From: an uncultured Gammaproteobacteria bacterium
GTDB lineage: Bacteria; Pseudomonadota; Gammaproteobacteria; JABCZS01
DNA length: 64,000 nucleotides
Direction of reading: 5' to 3'
NCBI GenBank assembly: GCA_963848305.1
Contig: CAWKDC010000001.1
Coordinates: 1,440,001 to 1,504,000 of the forward strand
Shown here: in pieces, positions 21,890 to 32,819 of the stretch
Layout: the number at the start of each line of letters is the position of its first letter
How positions within the stretch are numbered: position 1 is the stretch's first letter
Notes under the pieces: model-generated
Databases searched by the model: none
Seen by the model: only the letters and a program-made list of their open reading frames with translations
What the model was told of the DNA's origin: nothing
Made by a program: the position numbers and the translations under genes

Positions 21890-22591
21890 ATGATGAAAGC
21901 AACGATAGAGCAGTATTTCGAAAAAGAAGATTTGAAAAATATCAATCATTACAGTGGGTTAGCTGAGCTGGTTTTTGCCGTGGCTTTCGTAACCACTTTA
22001 CAGTTCAGCGAAGAAACCATCACCCAAGATCAAGGGTTTTATGCACTGGCCGTGTTGATCCCGCTTTATTTGCTGATGTGTGCGTCTAAGATTGCTCGAG
22101 TGGAGCTCAAGAAGGAGTCCCTGACTGAGTGGGATAGGGGTGCTCAACTTTGGAACGTCGCCAAGTTTGGTTTGGTAGCGACTGGCACTGTTTTCGCGAT
22201 TTTGGGCTTTGAGGCATTGCGACTCGATCCGAATGATGCCATGGGGGATGTGGATCTCAAATTAGGATTTGGGCTGATCATCGCTGCTGGATTGCTGTCG
22301 ACGGTATATGCCGCCTACAAAGCGACGAAATATGCTGATAGCAGCAACACTAAACACAACAAAGTTGAGAAAATCAATCACAATCGTGCCAAAGCGGCCA
22401 TTGGATTTTTGATTGTAGCGGCTTTTACGTGCTTAACATTTGGGGATATGTTTGCGGACACAACGCAGCCATTCAAATTCAGTTATGGCGAAACTGAGGA
22501 TTGGCACAAAGCAGGTTGGGGCTTGCTGCTGTTTGGCGCTGGACTCCCGGTCATGTCGGAATTGACGAAGGTGCGGCCTCAGAATAAATAG
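21890..22591 (+). CDS. Orphan multi-pass membrane protein
   Basis: 233-aa ORF with about 6 hydrophobic segments; AGGGGG RBS; upstream TTGACA..TAAGAT promoter-like sequence. Confidence 0.75.
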   Translation: MMKATIEQYFEKEDLKNINHYSGLAELVFAVAFVTTLQFSEETITQDQGFYALAVLIPLYLLMCASKIARVELKKESLTEWDRGAQLWNVAKFGLVATGTVFAILGFEALRLDPNDAMGDVDLKLGFGLIIAAGLLSTVYAAYKATKYADSSNTKHNKVEKINHNRAKAAIGFLIVAAFTCLTFGDMFADTTQPFKFSYGETEDWHKAGWGLLLFGAGLPVMSELTKVRPQNK

Positions 22592-22597
22592 CGTTTT

Positions 22598-22642
22598 GTA
22601 GGGGCGGGTATACCCGCCCCTGCGCCGCGAATGCGTTCCTAC
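22598..22642. repeat. GTAG-type REP-like element
   Basis: GTAGGGGCGGGTATACCCGCCCCT...CCTAC between convergent genes. Confidence 0.7.
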
Positions 22643-22656
22643 AAAGGTGAATACAA

Positions 22657-25422
22657 TTACCTCAATCTCTCTTGTTGCCCCTTCAACCCCGCAATCAAAC
22701 CTGTCAGCTCGATCACCCGGGCTTTATCGCGTTCGACAACATCAGCCGGGGCGCGCTCAGCATAATTTGGCACAGCCAATTTTTGTGACAGCTTCAACCA
22801 TTCTTTCTCATGTTTTTCCAATAATTTCGCGATGCGGGCGAGTTCCACTTTTTTATCAATAAAATCAGCGAGCGGCACATGAATTTCGAGGCCTTCAATG
22901 ATTGCACTGGATGTCGCAGGCAATGTTGCATGATTCTCGACAAAAGTGATTGTTCCCGTATTCGCCAAGCGTTGCATGAAAGCAGTGTATAAATCAAATC
23001 GTTTGATAGCGTTTTGATCAGCATTTTTGATTAAAAGCGGTAGTGCAATTTTCGGAGACACATTCATTTCACCGCGAATATTGCGCACGGCGACAATCAC
23101 AGATTGTAACCAGGCCATGTCTTTTTCTGCGTCCACATCGATCAGATCAACATTTACCGCAGGATAATCCATGATCATGATCGAATTCAATGCGGGCTGG
23201 GTGATCACCGCCACACGCTGCCAAATTTCTTCTGTGATGAATGGTGCGAAAGGATGCATCAAACGCAACACGCATTCTAACACTGTGACCAACGTATAAC
23301 GCGCAGCATATTGCACGCGATGGTTCTCAGATTGTAATAACGGTTTGGATAATTCCAAATACCAATCACAAAAATGATTCCACACAAATTCATACAAGGC
23401 TTGCGTTGCAAAATCATAACGGAAATGATCTAAACTCTCACGAACTGTGGCGACTGTTTTTTGCAATGTTGAAAAAATATAACGTTCGGCAATGCTGAAT
23501 TCACAATCAGTTACCAACGGATAAGCGTGTGATTCTGTGTTCATTAATACATAGCGTGCACTGTTCCACAATTTATTGCAAAAATTGCGATAGCCATTCA
23601 CGCGTTGCATATCAAATTGAACGTGGCGCTGGCTGGATGGCAATGAACAAAACATCAGGCGCAATGCATCTGTGCCATGCGCATCAATCCCATCGGGGAA
23701 TTCATTGCGTGTTTCTTTTTCAATTTTTTTTGCCATCTGCGGTTGCATCAAACCTGATGTGCGTTTAGCGACGAGGGGTTCAAGATCAATGCCTTGAATG
23801 ATATCGATCGGATCAAGCACGTTGCCCTTCGATTTAGACATTTTTTGCCCATGCGAATCACAGATCAGGCCGTGAATATAGACACGTTTAAAAGGCACTT
23901 TTCCTGTGAATTTAAGCCCCATCATGATCATGCGGGCGACCCAGAAGAAAATAATATCAAAGCCGGAAATGAGAACGCTGGTGGGATAGAACAGGTTGAA
24001 ATCAGGTGTTTTGTCAGGCCAGCCCAAAGTGGAGAAAGGCCAGAGTGCTGATGAAAACCAAGTGTCCAATACGTCTTCATCTTGACGTAACACAACGTCA
24101 GAACCCAATCCATATTTGGCGCGTACCAAATCTTCATTGTCAGCGACATATATTTTACCGGCATTATCGTACCAAGCCGGGATACGATGACCCCACCAAA
24201 GTTGGCGTGAAATACACCAATCTTTAATATCGCGCATCCAGGCGAAATACGTGTTTTCCCAATGTTTCGGTGAAAATTCAATGTCACCCTTTTCGACCGC
24301 TTCAATGGCAGGCTTGGCCAAAGGTTCAATTTTCACAAACCATTGCGAGGTGAGCATGGGTTCCAAAATGGTACCAGATCGATCGCCGCGTGGACGTTTG
24401 GTACGATAGGGTTCAATTTTATCGATCAAGCCCAGTGCATTCAAATCTTCAACAATGCGTTCACGTGCGACCGTGCGATCTAATCCTTGGTATTGTTTAG
24501 GCGTATTGTCATTCAAGGTGCCATTCAAATGAAACACACTGATCATGGGTAATTCGTGACGCAAGCCTAGCTCATAATCGTTGAAATCATGGGCGGGCGT
24601 GATTTTCACGCAACCAGTTCCAAATGAGGCATCGACATAATCATCAGCAATGATAGGGATTTGACGACCTGTGATAGGATGTGCAATGAATTGGCCAATC
24701 AATACTTGATAACGTTCATCGCTTGGGTTGACCGCAACAGCTGTATCGCCCAACATGGTTTCAGGACGTGTGGTTGCAACATGAATAAACATATCAGGTT
24801 GGTTCGCGAGAGGATAACGCATATGCCATAAAAAAGTATCTTCCTCAACCATCTCTACTTCGAGATCTGACACGGCAGTGTTCAACGCGCAATCCCAGTT
24901 AACCAGACGTTGACCACGGTAAATTAAATCTTCATCGTATAACCGTACAAACACTTCACGAACTGCACGTGATAACCCTTCATCCATGGTGAAGCGTTCA
25001 CGCGACCAGTCGGCAGAAATTCCCATGCGTTTGAATTGGCTGGCGATCATGTTGCCGGATTCTTCCTTCCATGCCCAGACGGATTTGACGAATGCATCGC
25101 GCCCAATCTCAATGCGTGATTGACCTTGCGCATTCAACTGGCGCTCCACCACCATTTGAGTTGCGATGCCCGCGTGATCCGTGCCGACTTGCCAATGCGT
25201 GGTTTGGCCTTTCATGCGATGATAGCGGATCAAACAATCCATGAGGGATGCTTCGAGCGCATGTCCCATGTGCAAACTGCCGGTGACATTGGGTGGTGGC
25301 AACATCAAACAGAATGGTTCTTGATTCCCTTTCGGAATGAAGTGCCCCGCAGTTTCCCAAGTCGTATACCAATGCGACTCAATCGCAGCGGGATCGTATG
25401 TTTTGTTTAATGCTTCCGACAT
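22657..25422 (-). CDS. valS: Valine--tRNA ligase
   Basis: PPPNVTGSLHMGH (HIGH), DWCISRQLWWGH, KMSKS. Confidence 0.98.
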   Translation of the reverse strand: MSEALNKTYDPAAIESHWYTTWETAGHFIPKGNQEPFCLMLPPPNVTGSLHMGHALEASLMDCLIRYHRMKGQTTHWQVGTDHAGIATQMVVERQLNAQGQSRIEIGRDAFVKSVWAWKEESGNMIASQFKRMGISADWSRERFTMDEGLSRAVREVFVRLYDEDLIYRGQRLVNWDCALNTAVSDLEVEMVEEDTFLWHMRYPLANQPDMFIHVATTRPETMLGDTAVAVNPSDERYQVLIGQFIAHPITGRQIPIIADDYVDASFGTGCVKITPAHDFNDYELGLRHELPMISVFHLNGTLNDNTPKQYQGLDRTVARERIVEDLNALGLIDKIEPYRTKRPRGDRSGTILEPMLTSQWFVKIEPLAKPAIEAVEKGDIEFSPKHWENTYFAWMRDIKDWCISRQLWWGHRIPAWYDNAGKIYVADNEDLVRAKYGLGSDVVLRQDEDVLDTWFSSALWPFSTLGWPDKTPDFNLFYPTSVLISGFDIIFFWVARMIMMGLKFTGKVPFKRVYIHGLICDSHGQKMSKSKGNVLDPIDIIQGIDLEPLVAKRTSGLMQPQMAKKIEKETRNEFPDGIDAHGTDALRLMFCSLPSSQRHVQFDMQRVNGYRNFCNKLWNSARYVLMNTESHAYPLVTDCEFSIAERYIFSTLQKTVATVRESLDHFRYDFATQALYEFVWNHFCDWYLELSKPLLQSENHRVQYAARYTLVTVLECVLRLMHPFAPFITEEIWQRVAVITQPALNSIMIMDYPAVNVDLIDVDAEKDMAWLQSVIVAVRNIRGEMNVSPKIALPLLIKNADQNAIKRFDLYTAFMQRLANTGTITFVENHATLPATSSAIIEGLEIHVPLADFIDKKVELARIAKLLEKHEKEWLKLSQKLAVPNYAERAPADVVERDKARVIELTGLIAGLKGQQERLR

Positions 25423-25461
25423 ATGGCACCTATCTCATTTATCAATCTATGATGCCCCCTT

Positions 25462-25484
25462 GTAGGGGGCGCATACTTGTGTCC
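25462..25484. repeat. Degenerate GTAG-type REP
   Basis: GTAGGGGGCGCATACTTGTGTCC, similar to 16088-16109. Confidence 0.55.
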
Positions 25485-25498
25485 ATCAGGGGAGGTTG

Positions 25499-27007
25499 TT
25501 AACGACCCGAACGATTCAATAAAAACGCCGCCAATAACGACACGGGCCTACCAGTCGCATGCGCGTCTTTGCCTGTGACAAAAGCAGTTCCCGCGACATC
25601 CAAATGTGCCCACGCAGTGCCTTCATCAATAAAGCGCGATAAGAAACACGCAGCGGTGATGCTGCCCGCTTCACTGCCGCCTACATTGCCCATGTCGGCA
25701 AATGGACTGTCGAGTTGTGATTGATATTCTTCCCACACAGGCAATTGCCATACGCGATCCAAACTGTTTTCACCGGCTTTGATCAATTCGTCAGCCAATG
25801 CCTGTTGATTGCTAAACACCGCGCTAGCATGACGACCCAGTGACACGATAACCGCCCCGGTGAGCGTGGCAACGTCAATGATTGTCTCGGGATGAAATGT
25901 TTGTTGCGCATAGGTAAGCGTATCGCATAATACCAGGCGACCTTCCGCATCCGTATTGGCGATTTCAACGGTTTTGCCACTCATTGTTGTGACGATATCA
26001 TCAGGACGGGTAGCATGACCAGACGGCATGTTTTCAGCGCAAGCCATCAATGCAACGATATTGAGTGGCAGCTTCAATGTCGCTGCCAATTCGATGGCGG
26101 CCAAGACACTGGCGGCACCACACATGTCGTATTTCATGCCCACAATCGCTTGACTGTTTTTCAATGAAATACCGCCGGTATCGAAGGTGATACCCTTCCC
26201 AACGAGTGCAATGGGTTTATCTTGTTTGTCGCCGCCTTTGTATTCAATCACCACAAGTTGAGCGGGTTTATCACTGCCTTGTGTCACGGCCATGAAAGCG
26301 CCCATGCCCAAGTGTGCGATGTCTTTTTGTGACAAAACTTTCACGTGCGTATTGGGCAGTTTTTTGCAAAGTGTCACAGCGGTGTCAGCCATGTATTCAG
26401 GCGTGCAGACATTGGGTGGTGTATTGCCGAGATCGCGCACCTGTTTGACCGCCTTCGCAACAGCTTGACTTTGTGCCAGGGCAAGGGTTAATGCAGGGTG
26501 TGATAATGCATCATCGGGGAAAAAGACATGCATGGATGAAGGATCCGCAGGTTTGTCAGCGTCCTCTTTGGGTGTCCCTTTGAATGCTTTTAATTCATAG
26601 GCCGCATATTCCAATGTTTCGATGGCTTGACGGATTTTCCATGCATGGGTTTGGCCTGTGACAGGGATATCGGTTAAAAAACAGGCGACCATTTTGCTGG
26701 TTTTTTTAGCGAGTGTTGAAGCCGCCCCGCGCATGATTTTTTGAAATGCCAGGTTGTCCAGTTTATCGGCCTTGCCCAATCCTACCAGGATGATCCGTGC
26801 GATCGGTTGAGCTTGTGTGGGATAGATCACACAGGTAGAACCTGCTTTTGGGGTAAAATCTTTCAAGGAGACTGTGGATGTCAAGGCGCCTTGGAGGCGA
26901 GCATCAACGCTGGCAGTGGCAGGGGGGAAGTCGGCTGATTCATATACACCGAGGATGAGTGTGTCACAGGCTTGTGTCAACAATGACTCAGATAATCCAA
27001 ATTGCAT
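25499..27007 (-). CDS. pepA: Leucyl aminopeptidase (M17)
   Basis: VGKGITFDTGG, MKYDMCGAA, NTDAEGRLVL. Confidence 0.96.
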   Translation of the reverse strand: MQFGLSESLLTQACDTLILGVYESADFPPATASVDARLQGALTSTVSLKDFTPKAGSTCVIYPTQAQPIARIILVGLGKADKLDNLAFQKIMRGAASTLAKKTSKMVACFLTDIPVTGQTHAWKIRQAIETLEYAAYELKAFKGTPKEDADKPADPSSMHVFFPDDALSHPALTLALAQSQAVAKAVKQVRDLGNTPPNVCTPEYMADTAVTLCKKLPNTHVKVLSQKDIAHLGMGAFMAVTQGSDKPAQLVVIEYKGGDKQDKPIALVGKGITFDTGGISLKNSQAIVGMKYDMCGAASVLAAIELAATLKLPLNIVALMACAENMPSGHATRPDDIVTTMSGKTVEIANTDAEGRLVLCDTLTYAQQTFHPETIIDVATLTGAVIVSLGRHASAVFSNQQALADELIKAGENSLDRVWQLPVWEEYQSQLDSPFADMGNVGGSEAGSITAACFLSRFIDEGTAWAHLDVAGTAFVTGKDAHATGRPVSLLAAFLLNRSGR

Positions 27008-27116
27008 GTTCTGCTCCTTAAATGTTACACCTCATGTATAATCCCTTCAGGTATAATACATAGGTGGCGCTGGCAAAAGCGTATTGTAACGTAATTTACA
27101 GACTTAGGGGCTACGG

Positions 27117-28214
27117 TTGACAATCATTGGGCGCACCCTTGGGCGCGAAATACTTTCATCGATGGCGGCTGTGCTGTCGGTGCTGTTGCTGGTAGGCATC
27201 AGTAATAAGTTTGTTTCCTATCTTTCTGATGCGGCGGCGGGCGAAGTCGCTGCAGGTTTAGTGTTGAAAATTGTTGGCATGCATTTGCCCAGTTTGCTGG
27301 GCGTGTTAATACCCTTGGCATTCTTTCTGGGGGTGGTGTTGTCTTTGGGGCGGATGTATGCGGATGCGGAAATGCCGGCGTTGTTTGCTTGTGGCATGTC
27401 CTTTAATACCTTGATCAAAGTTGTGATGGTGCCAGCGGCCGCACTCACTGCTATCGCGCTGGTGATCAATCTGTGGGTTGCACCGCATTATATGTATCAG
27501 GTCGCGCAAGTGGTGGCCACATCACAAACAGATTTGGTGTCACGTGCCATTCAACCTGGGCGATTTCAAATGTCAGATAATGGGCAATATGTGCTGTACA
27601 TCGATCATGTATCGCCTAATAGCGAGGAAGCCTTTGATGTCTTCATTGCTGAGCAAGCCCCGAAAAACGCAAAGTTTAATGTCGGTGTGATTGCCAGTTC
27701 ATCAGGTTACCACTGGATTGATCCTAAAACGGACAATGAATATATTGTGTTGAAGGATGGACACCGCTATCAAGGTTTGCCCGGCCAGGGGAATTATCAG
27801 CTCATGACGTTCCAAGAATATGGTTTGAAAGTGTCCAATGGCGCGCCTAAATTTCGCATCAAGGAACGCGCAATGCAGCCTTCTGCGCTGATCGGCAGCG
27901 ATGACAGGGAGCAACAAGCGGAATTACAATGGCGAATTTGCCTCAGCATTTCCACGTTTATCCTGGGGTTATGGGGTATTGTCATGTCTCGCGTCAAGCC
28001 CCGACAAGGGAAATACGCGAAAGCATTTCCAGCCATTCTCACCGCGATCATCTATATCAATGCGCTCATTTTTGCGCGAAGTTATTATGAAGATTCATCC
28101 TTGCCGATCTGGATTGGGTTGTATTGGCTACCTGTATTGGCGTTGATATTATTGGCCGCTGTGTTGTGGTGGCAATCCCGCTGGCGTCACATTTTCCGGG
28201 GGCGAGATGTTTAA
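27117..28214 (+). CDS. lptF: LPS export permease LptF
   Basis: LGRMYADAEM, AELQWR, PRQGKY; divergent from pepA and upstream of lptG. Confidence 0.92.
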   Translation: MTIIGRTLGREILSSMAAVLSVLLLVGISNKFVSYLSDAAAGEVAAGLVLKIVGMHLPSLLGVLIPLAFFLGVVLSLGRMYADAEMPALFACGMSFNTLIKVVMVPAAALTAIALVINLWVAPHYMYQVAQVVATSQTDLVSRAIQPGRFQMSDNGQYVLYIDHVSPNSEEAFDVFIAEQAPKNAKFNVGVIASSSGYHWIDPKTDNEYIVLKDGHRYQGLPGQGNYQLMTFQEYGLKVSNGAPKFRIKERAMQPSALIGSDDREQQAELQWRICLSISTFILGLWGIVMSRVKPRQGKYAKAFPAILTAIIYINALIFARSYYEDSSLPIWIGLYWLPVLALILLAAVLWWQSRWRHIFRGRDV

Positions 28215-29271
28215 CATATTAGATCGATACATTGCCAGCACTTCATTACTCCTGATTGCTGCCGCGCTATTATTGGTGTTGGGTGTTGATTTTTTATTTG
28301 CGTATATTCATGAATTGACAGTGGCCGGAAAAGGCGACTATCACGCAGCCTCTGCATTGGTTTATGTGATACTCACGTTGCCGCGTCGTCTGTATGATAT
28401 GTTTCCCATTGCGAGCCTGATTGGCGTGTTGATGGCATTGGGTTTGTTGGCATCGCGCAGCGAGTTGATCGTGATGCGCGCGAGCGGGATGTCCATGACG
28501 CAAATCGCGGGTGCTGTTGCAAAAGTCGGTTTGCTGATGGCATTGTTGGCGTCATTGCTCGGTGAATTTGTCGTACCCCGCGCGGAATACGCGGCAGAAG
28601 GTTTGAAAATCCAGGCGAAAAGCAGTGGACAAGCAGTGTTAACGGCTCAGGGAACATGGGTGCGTGAAAACAGGGACTTCATTCACATCCGTCGTTTGTT
28701 ACCCAATGGTTTGTTGCAAGAAGTGACACGTTATCATTTCAATGATCATTACGAATTGCAAAGCACGACGTTTATCCAAGAAGCAACATTCGATGACGAC
28801 CAGTGGATATTGAAAGGCATTAAAAAAAGCAAGATCACGCCCGAGCGGGTGACGATGGAAGCAAAAGACAATGGCACCACAAAAGATTTAATTGATCCTA
28901 CTTTACTCGATGTTTTGTTAAGTGAGCCCGACAATTTATCCTTGATGGGACTGTATCATTATATCGATTACTTGAAAGACAATCGCTTGGATCCCAGCCA
29001 TTATCAGTTGATTTTTTGGCAAAAAATAGTGGCGCCCTTTGCCGTTGTGTTGATGATTTTGTTGGGTGTGCCTTTCGTGTTCGGGCCACTGCGCAATGCG
29101 TCCATGGGCTTGCGTATGTTGTCGGGTATTTTCTTTGGGTTTTTATTTTATTTGATCAATGAAATGTTCGGACCGTTAAGTTTGGTGTATCATTTTCCGC
29201 CCGTGGTGGCTGCGCTGGCACCCTTGGTTTTGTTTTCTGTATTAGGACTGTGGATGATGAGGCGTGTATGA
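28207..29271 (+). CDS. lptG: LPS export permease LptG
   Basis: ILDRYIA, SELIVMRASGMS, FVFGPLR. Confidence 0.94.
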   Translation: MFNILDRYIASTSLLLIAAALLLVLGVDFLFAYIHELTVAGKGDYHAASALVYVILTLPRRLYDMFPIASLIGVLMALGLLASRSELIVMRASGMSMTQIAGAVAKVGLLMALLASLLGEFVVPRAEYAAEGLKIQAKSSGQAVLTAQGTWVRENRDFIHIRRLLPNGLLQEVTRYHFNDHYELQSTTFIQEATFDDDQWILKGIKKSKITPERVTMEAKDNGTTKDLIDPTLLDVLLSEPDNLSLMGLYHYIDYLKDNRLDPSHYQLIFWQKIVAPFAVVLMILLGVPFVFGPLRNASMGLRMLSGIFFGFLFYLINEMFGPLSLVYHFPPVVAALAPLVLFSVLGLWMMRRV

Positions 29272-30008
29272 CAATCAGTAAACATCAATTGAATGATTTT
29301 GAAGTCCTTTGGGCACACGAAGCGGATCAAGTAGAAGAGGGTAATGATAAAAAAACAGGCGGGCATTCGCATGTCGTGCATTTTGTGACAAATGATGCTG
29401 AGCCCGCGCACGTGTACATGAAAAAGCAATACAATTACAGCACGCGATGGTCACGTTTGATCGGGAGGCCCCGCTCAGTGTGTTGTCGTGAATATGACAA
29501 TATTGCTGCATGGAAAAAATTGGGTATCCCCACATTAGATGCTTTGTATTGTGCTGAGCGTTACAATCCATTGCGCGCTCTGTTGATCACCTCCGCATTG
29601 GATGGCTATTTGCCCTTGAATGAATATTTATTGACTGTGTCCGAAGAAAAACGTGGTCACATCTTACAAGACGTGGGTCGATTGATCCGCCGTATTCATG
29701 CTGCACATTGGGCGTATCGTTGCTGTTATCCAAAGCATTTGTTTGTGTCTGTGGCAACCGGTGAAATTAAGATCATTGATTTGGAAAAGGCACGCAGGTC
29801 ATGGATATGGATGTATGATCATCTCCGGGATTTGTCTGCGTTTGATCGACGCATGGTGTGGCAGAGCAAGGCAGAGCGCCAGGCATTCTACGATGCTTAT
29901 TTTGAAAAGACGTCGAGGCTATACCGTCAGTTGACAATGTATTGTTTGGGTCGCATGAATGTGAGAAAGAACCTTTATAATGGACATCAGTCTCCTGAAC
30001 TGCCGTAA
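29268..30008 (+). CDS. InaA/Kdo-kinase-like lipopolysaccharide kinase family protein
   Basis: WAHEADQVEEGN..GGHSHV, YMKKQ, REYDNI, CYPKHLFV, IIDLEKAR. Confidence 0.8.
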   Translation: MTISKHQLNDFEVLWAHEADQVEEGNDKKTGGHSHVVHFVTNDAEPAHVYMKKQYNYSTRWSRLIGRPRSVCCREYDNIAAWKKLGIPTLDALYCAERYNPLRALLITSALDGYLPLNEYLLTVSEEKRGHILQDVGRLIRRIHAAHWAYRCCYPKHLFVSVATGEIKIIDLEKARRSWIWMYDHLRDLSAFDRRMVWQSKAERQAFYDAYFEKTSRLYRQLTMYCLGRMNVRKNLYNGHQSPELP

Positions 30009-30065
30009 ATGTAGGGAAGGGGGTTGCCGAGATCCTTAAATCCGTGTATCCTTGCCACATTGTCC

Positions 30066-30157
30066 GGAGAGATGGCCGAGCGGCTGAAGGCACTCCCCTG
30101 CTAAGGGAGTATAGGGCTAAAACCTTATCGAGGGTTCGAATCCCTCTCTCTCCGCCA
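30066..30157 (+). tRNA. tRNA-Ser(GCT)
   Basis: GGAGAGATGGCCGAGCGGCTGAAGGCACTCCCCTGCTAAGGGAG...GGTTCGAATCCCTCTCTCTCCGCCA. Confidence 0.97.
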
Positions 30158-32548
30158 CTATGTTAATTCACCCAATATCTCCCACGCCCTCGCAATCACA
30201 TTCGCCGGCAACCCTGATTTCTCAGCCACTTGAATGCCGTAACTCTTATTCGCCGGTCCTGTTTTCACGCTGTGTAAAAATATCAATTCACCGTCCTGTT
30301 CCGTGGCGGTTAAATGCACATTTTGGATGGATAAAAACTCAACTGGCAGTGAGGTCAATTCAAAATAATGCGTCGCAAATAAGGTGAACGCACGTGTGGT
30401 AGAAGCCAAATGTTCGGCAATGCTGCGGGCGAGGCTCATGCCATCAAATGTAGACGTGCCACGGCCAATTTCATCAATCAATACGAGACTTTTTTCTGTC
30501 GCGCGCGATAAGATCGCAGACATTTCCGTCATTTCCACCATGAACGTTGAATGTCCTGCACTGAGATCATCGGCACTGCCTATGCGTGTGTAAATCGCAT
30601 CAATGGGTCCCAGTCGCGCAGATGTTGCAGGCACAAAAGAACCGATCGCTGCTAAAATAACCATCAAAGCAGTTTGTCGCATGTACGTGGATTTGCCGCC
30701 CATGTTGGGGCCGGTGATCAATAACATGCGCGTTGCATCATTTAATAACAAATCATTTGGAATAAACGGGTGCGATAAAGTCTGCTCAACCATTAAATGG
30801 CGGCCGCCGACAATCTCAATGCCGGGTGTGTCAACCCACGTCGGGCAAGATAAATGCAAGGCTTGTGCACGCTCTGCAAAATTGCAGACGACATCAGTTT
30901 GTGCAATAAACTGTGCCCATGCTTGGAGCGTTTTAACATCTGGCAACAAACGATCCAATAATTGATCATATAAATATTTTTCTCGAGACAAAGCGCGCTC
31001 GTGTGCGCTCAGAATTTTATCTTCAAAGGATTTCAATTCATCCGTGATGTATCGCTCTACGTTTTTCAAAGTTTGGCGGCGATGGTATCGCGTGGGCGCC
31101 AAATGCGCATTCGCGCGAGACAATTCAATATAATATCCGTGCACACTGTTAAAGCCGACTTTCACTTGCGATGTGCCCAGTGCTTCTTTTTCCTTTTGTT
31201 CGAGTAACAGCAAGAAACTGCTGGCATCGTTGCTCAGGGCGCGTAATTCGTCAAGCGTTTCATCATATCCTGTGGCGATCACGCCGCCATCTCGGATAAG
31301 CAATGCAGGTTCTTCCTGAATGGCACGGCACAATAAAGTGTATAGATCATTGACTGTGGGTAGTGACTTTAATTGCGCGTGAAGATAATTGTTCGAAATT
31401 GTATTTAATTCATCTTGCAACAACGGTAACAAAGCCAACGTTCTGCGCAGTGCCGTTAAGTCACGAGGGCGTGCTTGTTTCAGCGCAATACGGGCTGTGA
31501 TGCGCTCCATATCAGCGATGTGTTTTAAATGGTTGCCAATCGTTAAATAATGTTGTTTCTCAATGAATGCATGCACTGCGGATTGTGTGCGTTGAATGTG
31601 CGTTACATCCATCAATGGCGCCAGTATTAATCGTTTCAATAAACGGCTGCCCATCAATGTATGCGTGCGATCGATGACACTCAATAAAGTGTGTTCTTTT
31701 CCGCCACGTGTATTTTTCACCAACTCTAAATGGCGTTGGGTTTGTGCATCCATGTATAATGTCATGACATGGTCGAGTGATTGAGGGATTTTTAAATGCG
31801 GCAGAGCGACTTGATGCGTTTCATCTAAATAGCGCAACACAGCGCCTAGTGCACAGAGTAATGGTTCACTCGTGAAGGGCGGTTTGCCCCACTGCATCTG
31901 TGTGCGCATTTGGCTTTGCATAGCATTAAAATAAGTGTCTGGTAGACAGTGAGCTGTTTTGCAAGTTTTGGCCAGTGTATGCAACATGGGATGATCGGAT
32001 AATAATATTTCGCTGGGCTGAAATCGCGCTAAGACAGCTTGTAATAAAGCAATATCGTTTGTTTCTAATACATACATTTGCCCATTTGATAATTCAGTGA
32101 ATGCAACACTGTATATGTCATTCACTGCAAATAACACGCATAAATAATTATCGCTGTGTGCATCGAGTAAGGCTTCTTCCGTCAACGTACCGGGTGTGAT
32201 AATCCGCACTACTTTGCGCTCCACGGGTCCTTTCATTGCCCCGACTTCACCGATTTGTTCGCAAATAGCAATGGATTCGCCATGTTTTAGTAGTTTGCCA
32301 AGATAAGGATCAAGTGCATGTTGGGGTACACCGGCCATGGGCACTGGCTTGCCTGCGGAAGTGCCACGAGAAGTCAGGGTTAAATCAAGCAAACGATGAA
32401 CACGTTCTGCGTCTTCATAGAATAATTCGTAAAAATCACCGAGGCGGTAAAACAGCAATTTGTCAGGATGTTGTGCTTTAATACGCAGGTATTGTTGCAT
32501 CATCGGTGTGTGGTCGAGCAGCGTGTTCATGCGCGCATTAGCCTTCAA
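30158..32548 (-). CDS. mutS: DNA mismatch repair protein MutS (lacks the C-terminal extension)
   Basis: [48 protein letters not shown]. Confidence 0.97.
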   Translation of the reverse strand: MKANARMNTLLDHTPMMQQYLRIKAQHPDKLLFYRLGDFYELFYEDAERVHRLLDLTLTSRGTSAGKPVPMAGVPQHALDPYLGKLLKHGESIAICEQIGEVGAMKGPVERKVVRIITPGTLTEEALLDAHSDNYLCVLFAVNDIYSVAFTELSNGQMYVLETNDIALLQAVLARFQPSEILLSDHPMLHTLAKTCKTAHCLPDTYFNAMQSQMRTQMQWGKPPFTSEPLLCALGAVLRYLDETHQVALPHLKIPQSLDHVMTLYMDAQTQRHLELVKNTRGGKEHTLLSVIDRTHTLMGSRLLKRLILAPLMDVTHIQRTQSAVHAFIEKQHYLTIGNHLKHIADMERITARIALKQARPRDLTALRRTLALLPLLQDELNTISNNYLHAQLKSLPTVNDLYTLLCRAIQEEPALLIRDGGVIATGYDETLDELRALSNDASSFLLLLEQKEKEALGTSQVKVGFNSVHGYYIELSRANAHLAPTRYHRRQTLKNVERYITDELKSFEDKILSAHERALSREKYLYDQLLDRLLPDVKTLQAWAQFIAQTDVVCNFAERAQALHLSCPTWVDTPGIEIVGGRHLMVEQTLSHPFIPNDLLLNDATRMLLITGPNMGGKSTYMRQTALMVILAAIGSFVPATSARLGPIDAIYTRIGSADDLSAGHSTFMVEMTEMSAILSRATEKSLVLIDEIGRGTSTFDGMSLARSIAEHLASTTRAFTLFATHYFELTSLPVEFLSIQNVHLTATEQDGELIFLHSVKTGPANKSYGIQVAEKSGLPANVIARAWEILGELT

Positions 32549-32639
32549 TGTATCATGTTGAGGCTATCATACCAGCGTTTTTAGCATTCAGGCAAGAATG
32601 TTTAAGTAAATCATGATATTAGCAACTAACAATATTAAC

Positions 32640-32668
32640 TTGAAATTTGGTACCGCCCGTGGTACCAT
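32640..32668 (+). promoter_or_regulatory. Sigma70-like promoter overlapped by a palindromic operator, upstream of hicAB
   Basis: TTGAAA-17 nt-TACCAT containing TGGTACC-gcccgt-GGTACCA. Confidence 0.6.
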
Positions 32669-32672
32669 TGTT

Positions 32673-32819
32673 ATGCGGGAATTATCAGATGAGTTTGGGA
32701 TGACATCATGCTTCCACGAAAAAATGCTGGCAGTGCCAGCACATAAACCGATAAAACCGTTTTACACTAAACATTTTGTTGTTCTAATAGATGAAATAAT
32801 GGGGGAACATGATGAATGA
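32673..32819 (+). pseudogene. hicA: Truncated HicA-family toxin
   Basis: Only the C-terminal LAVPAHKPIKPFYTKHFVVLI is recognisable; no G/T-S-H motif; overlaps the hicB start. Confidence 0.65.

Noticed and set aside
16008-22650. Integron cassette array
   Set aside because: Genes alternate in orientation, the hairpins are REP-like rather than attC with RYYYAAC/GTTRRRY ends, and no intI is present
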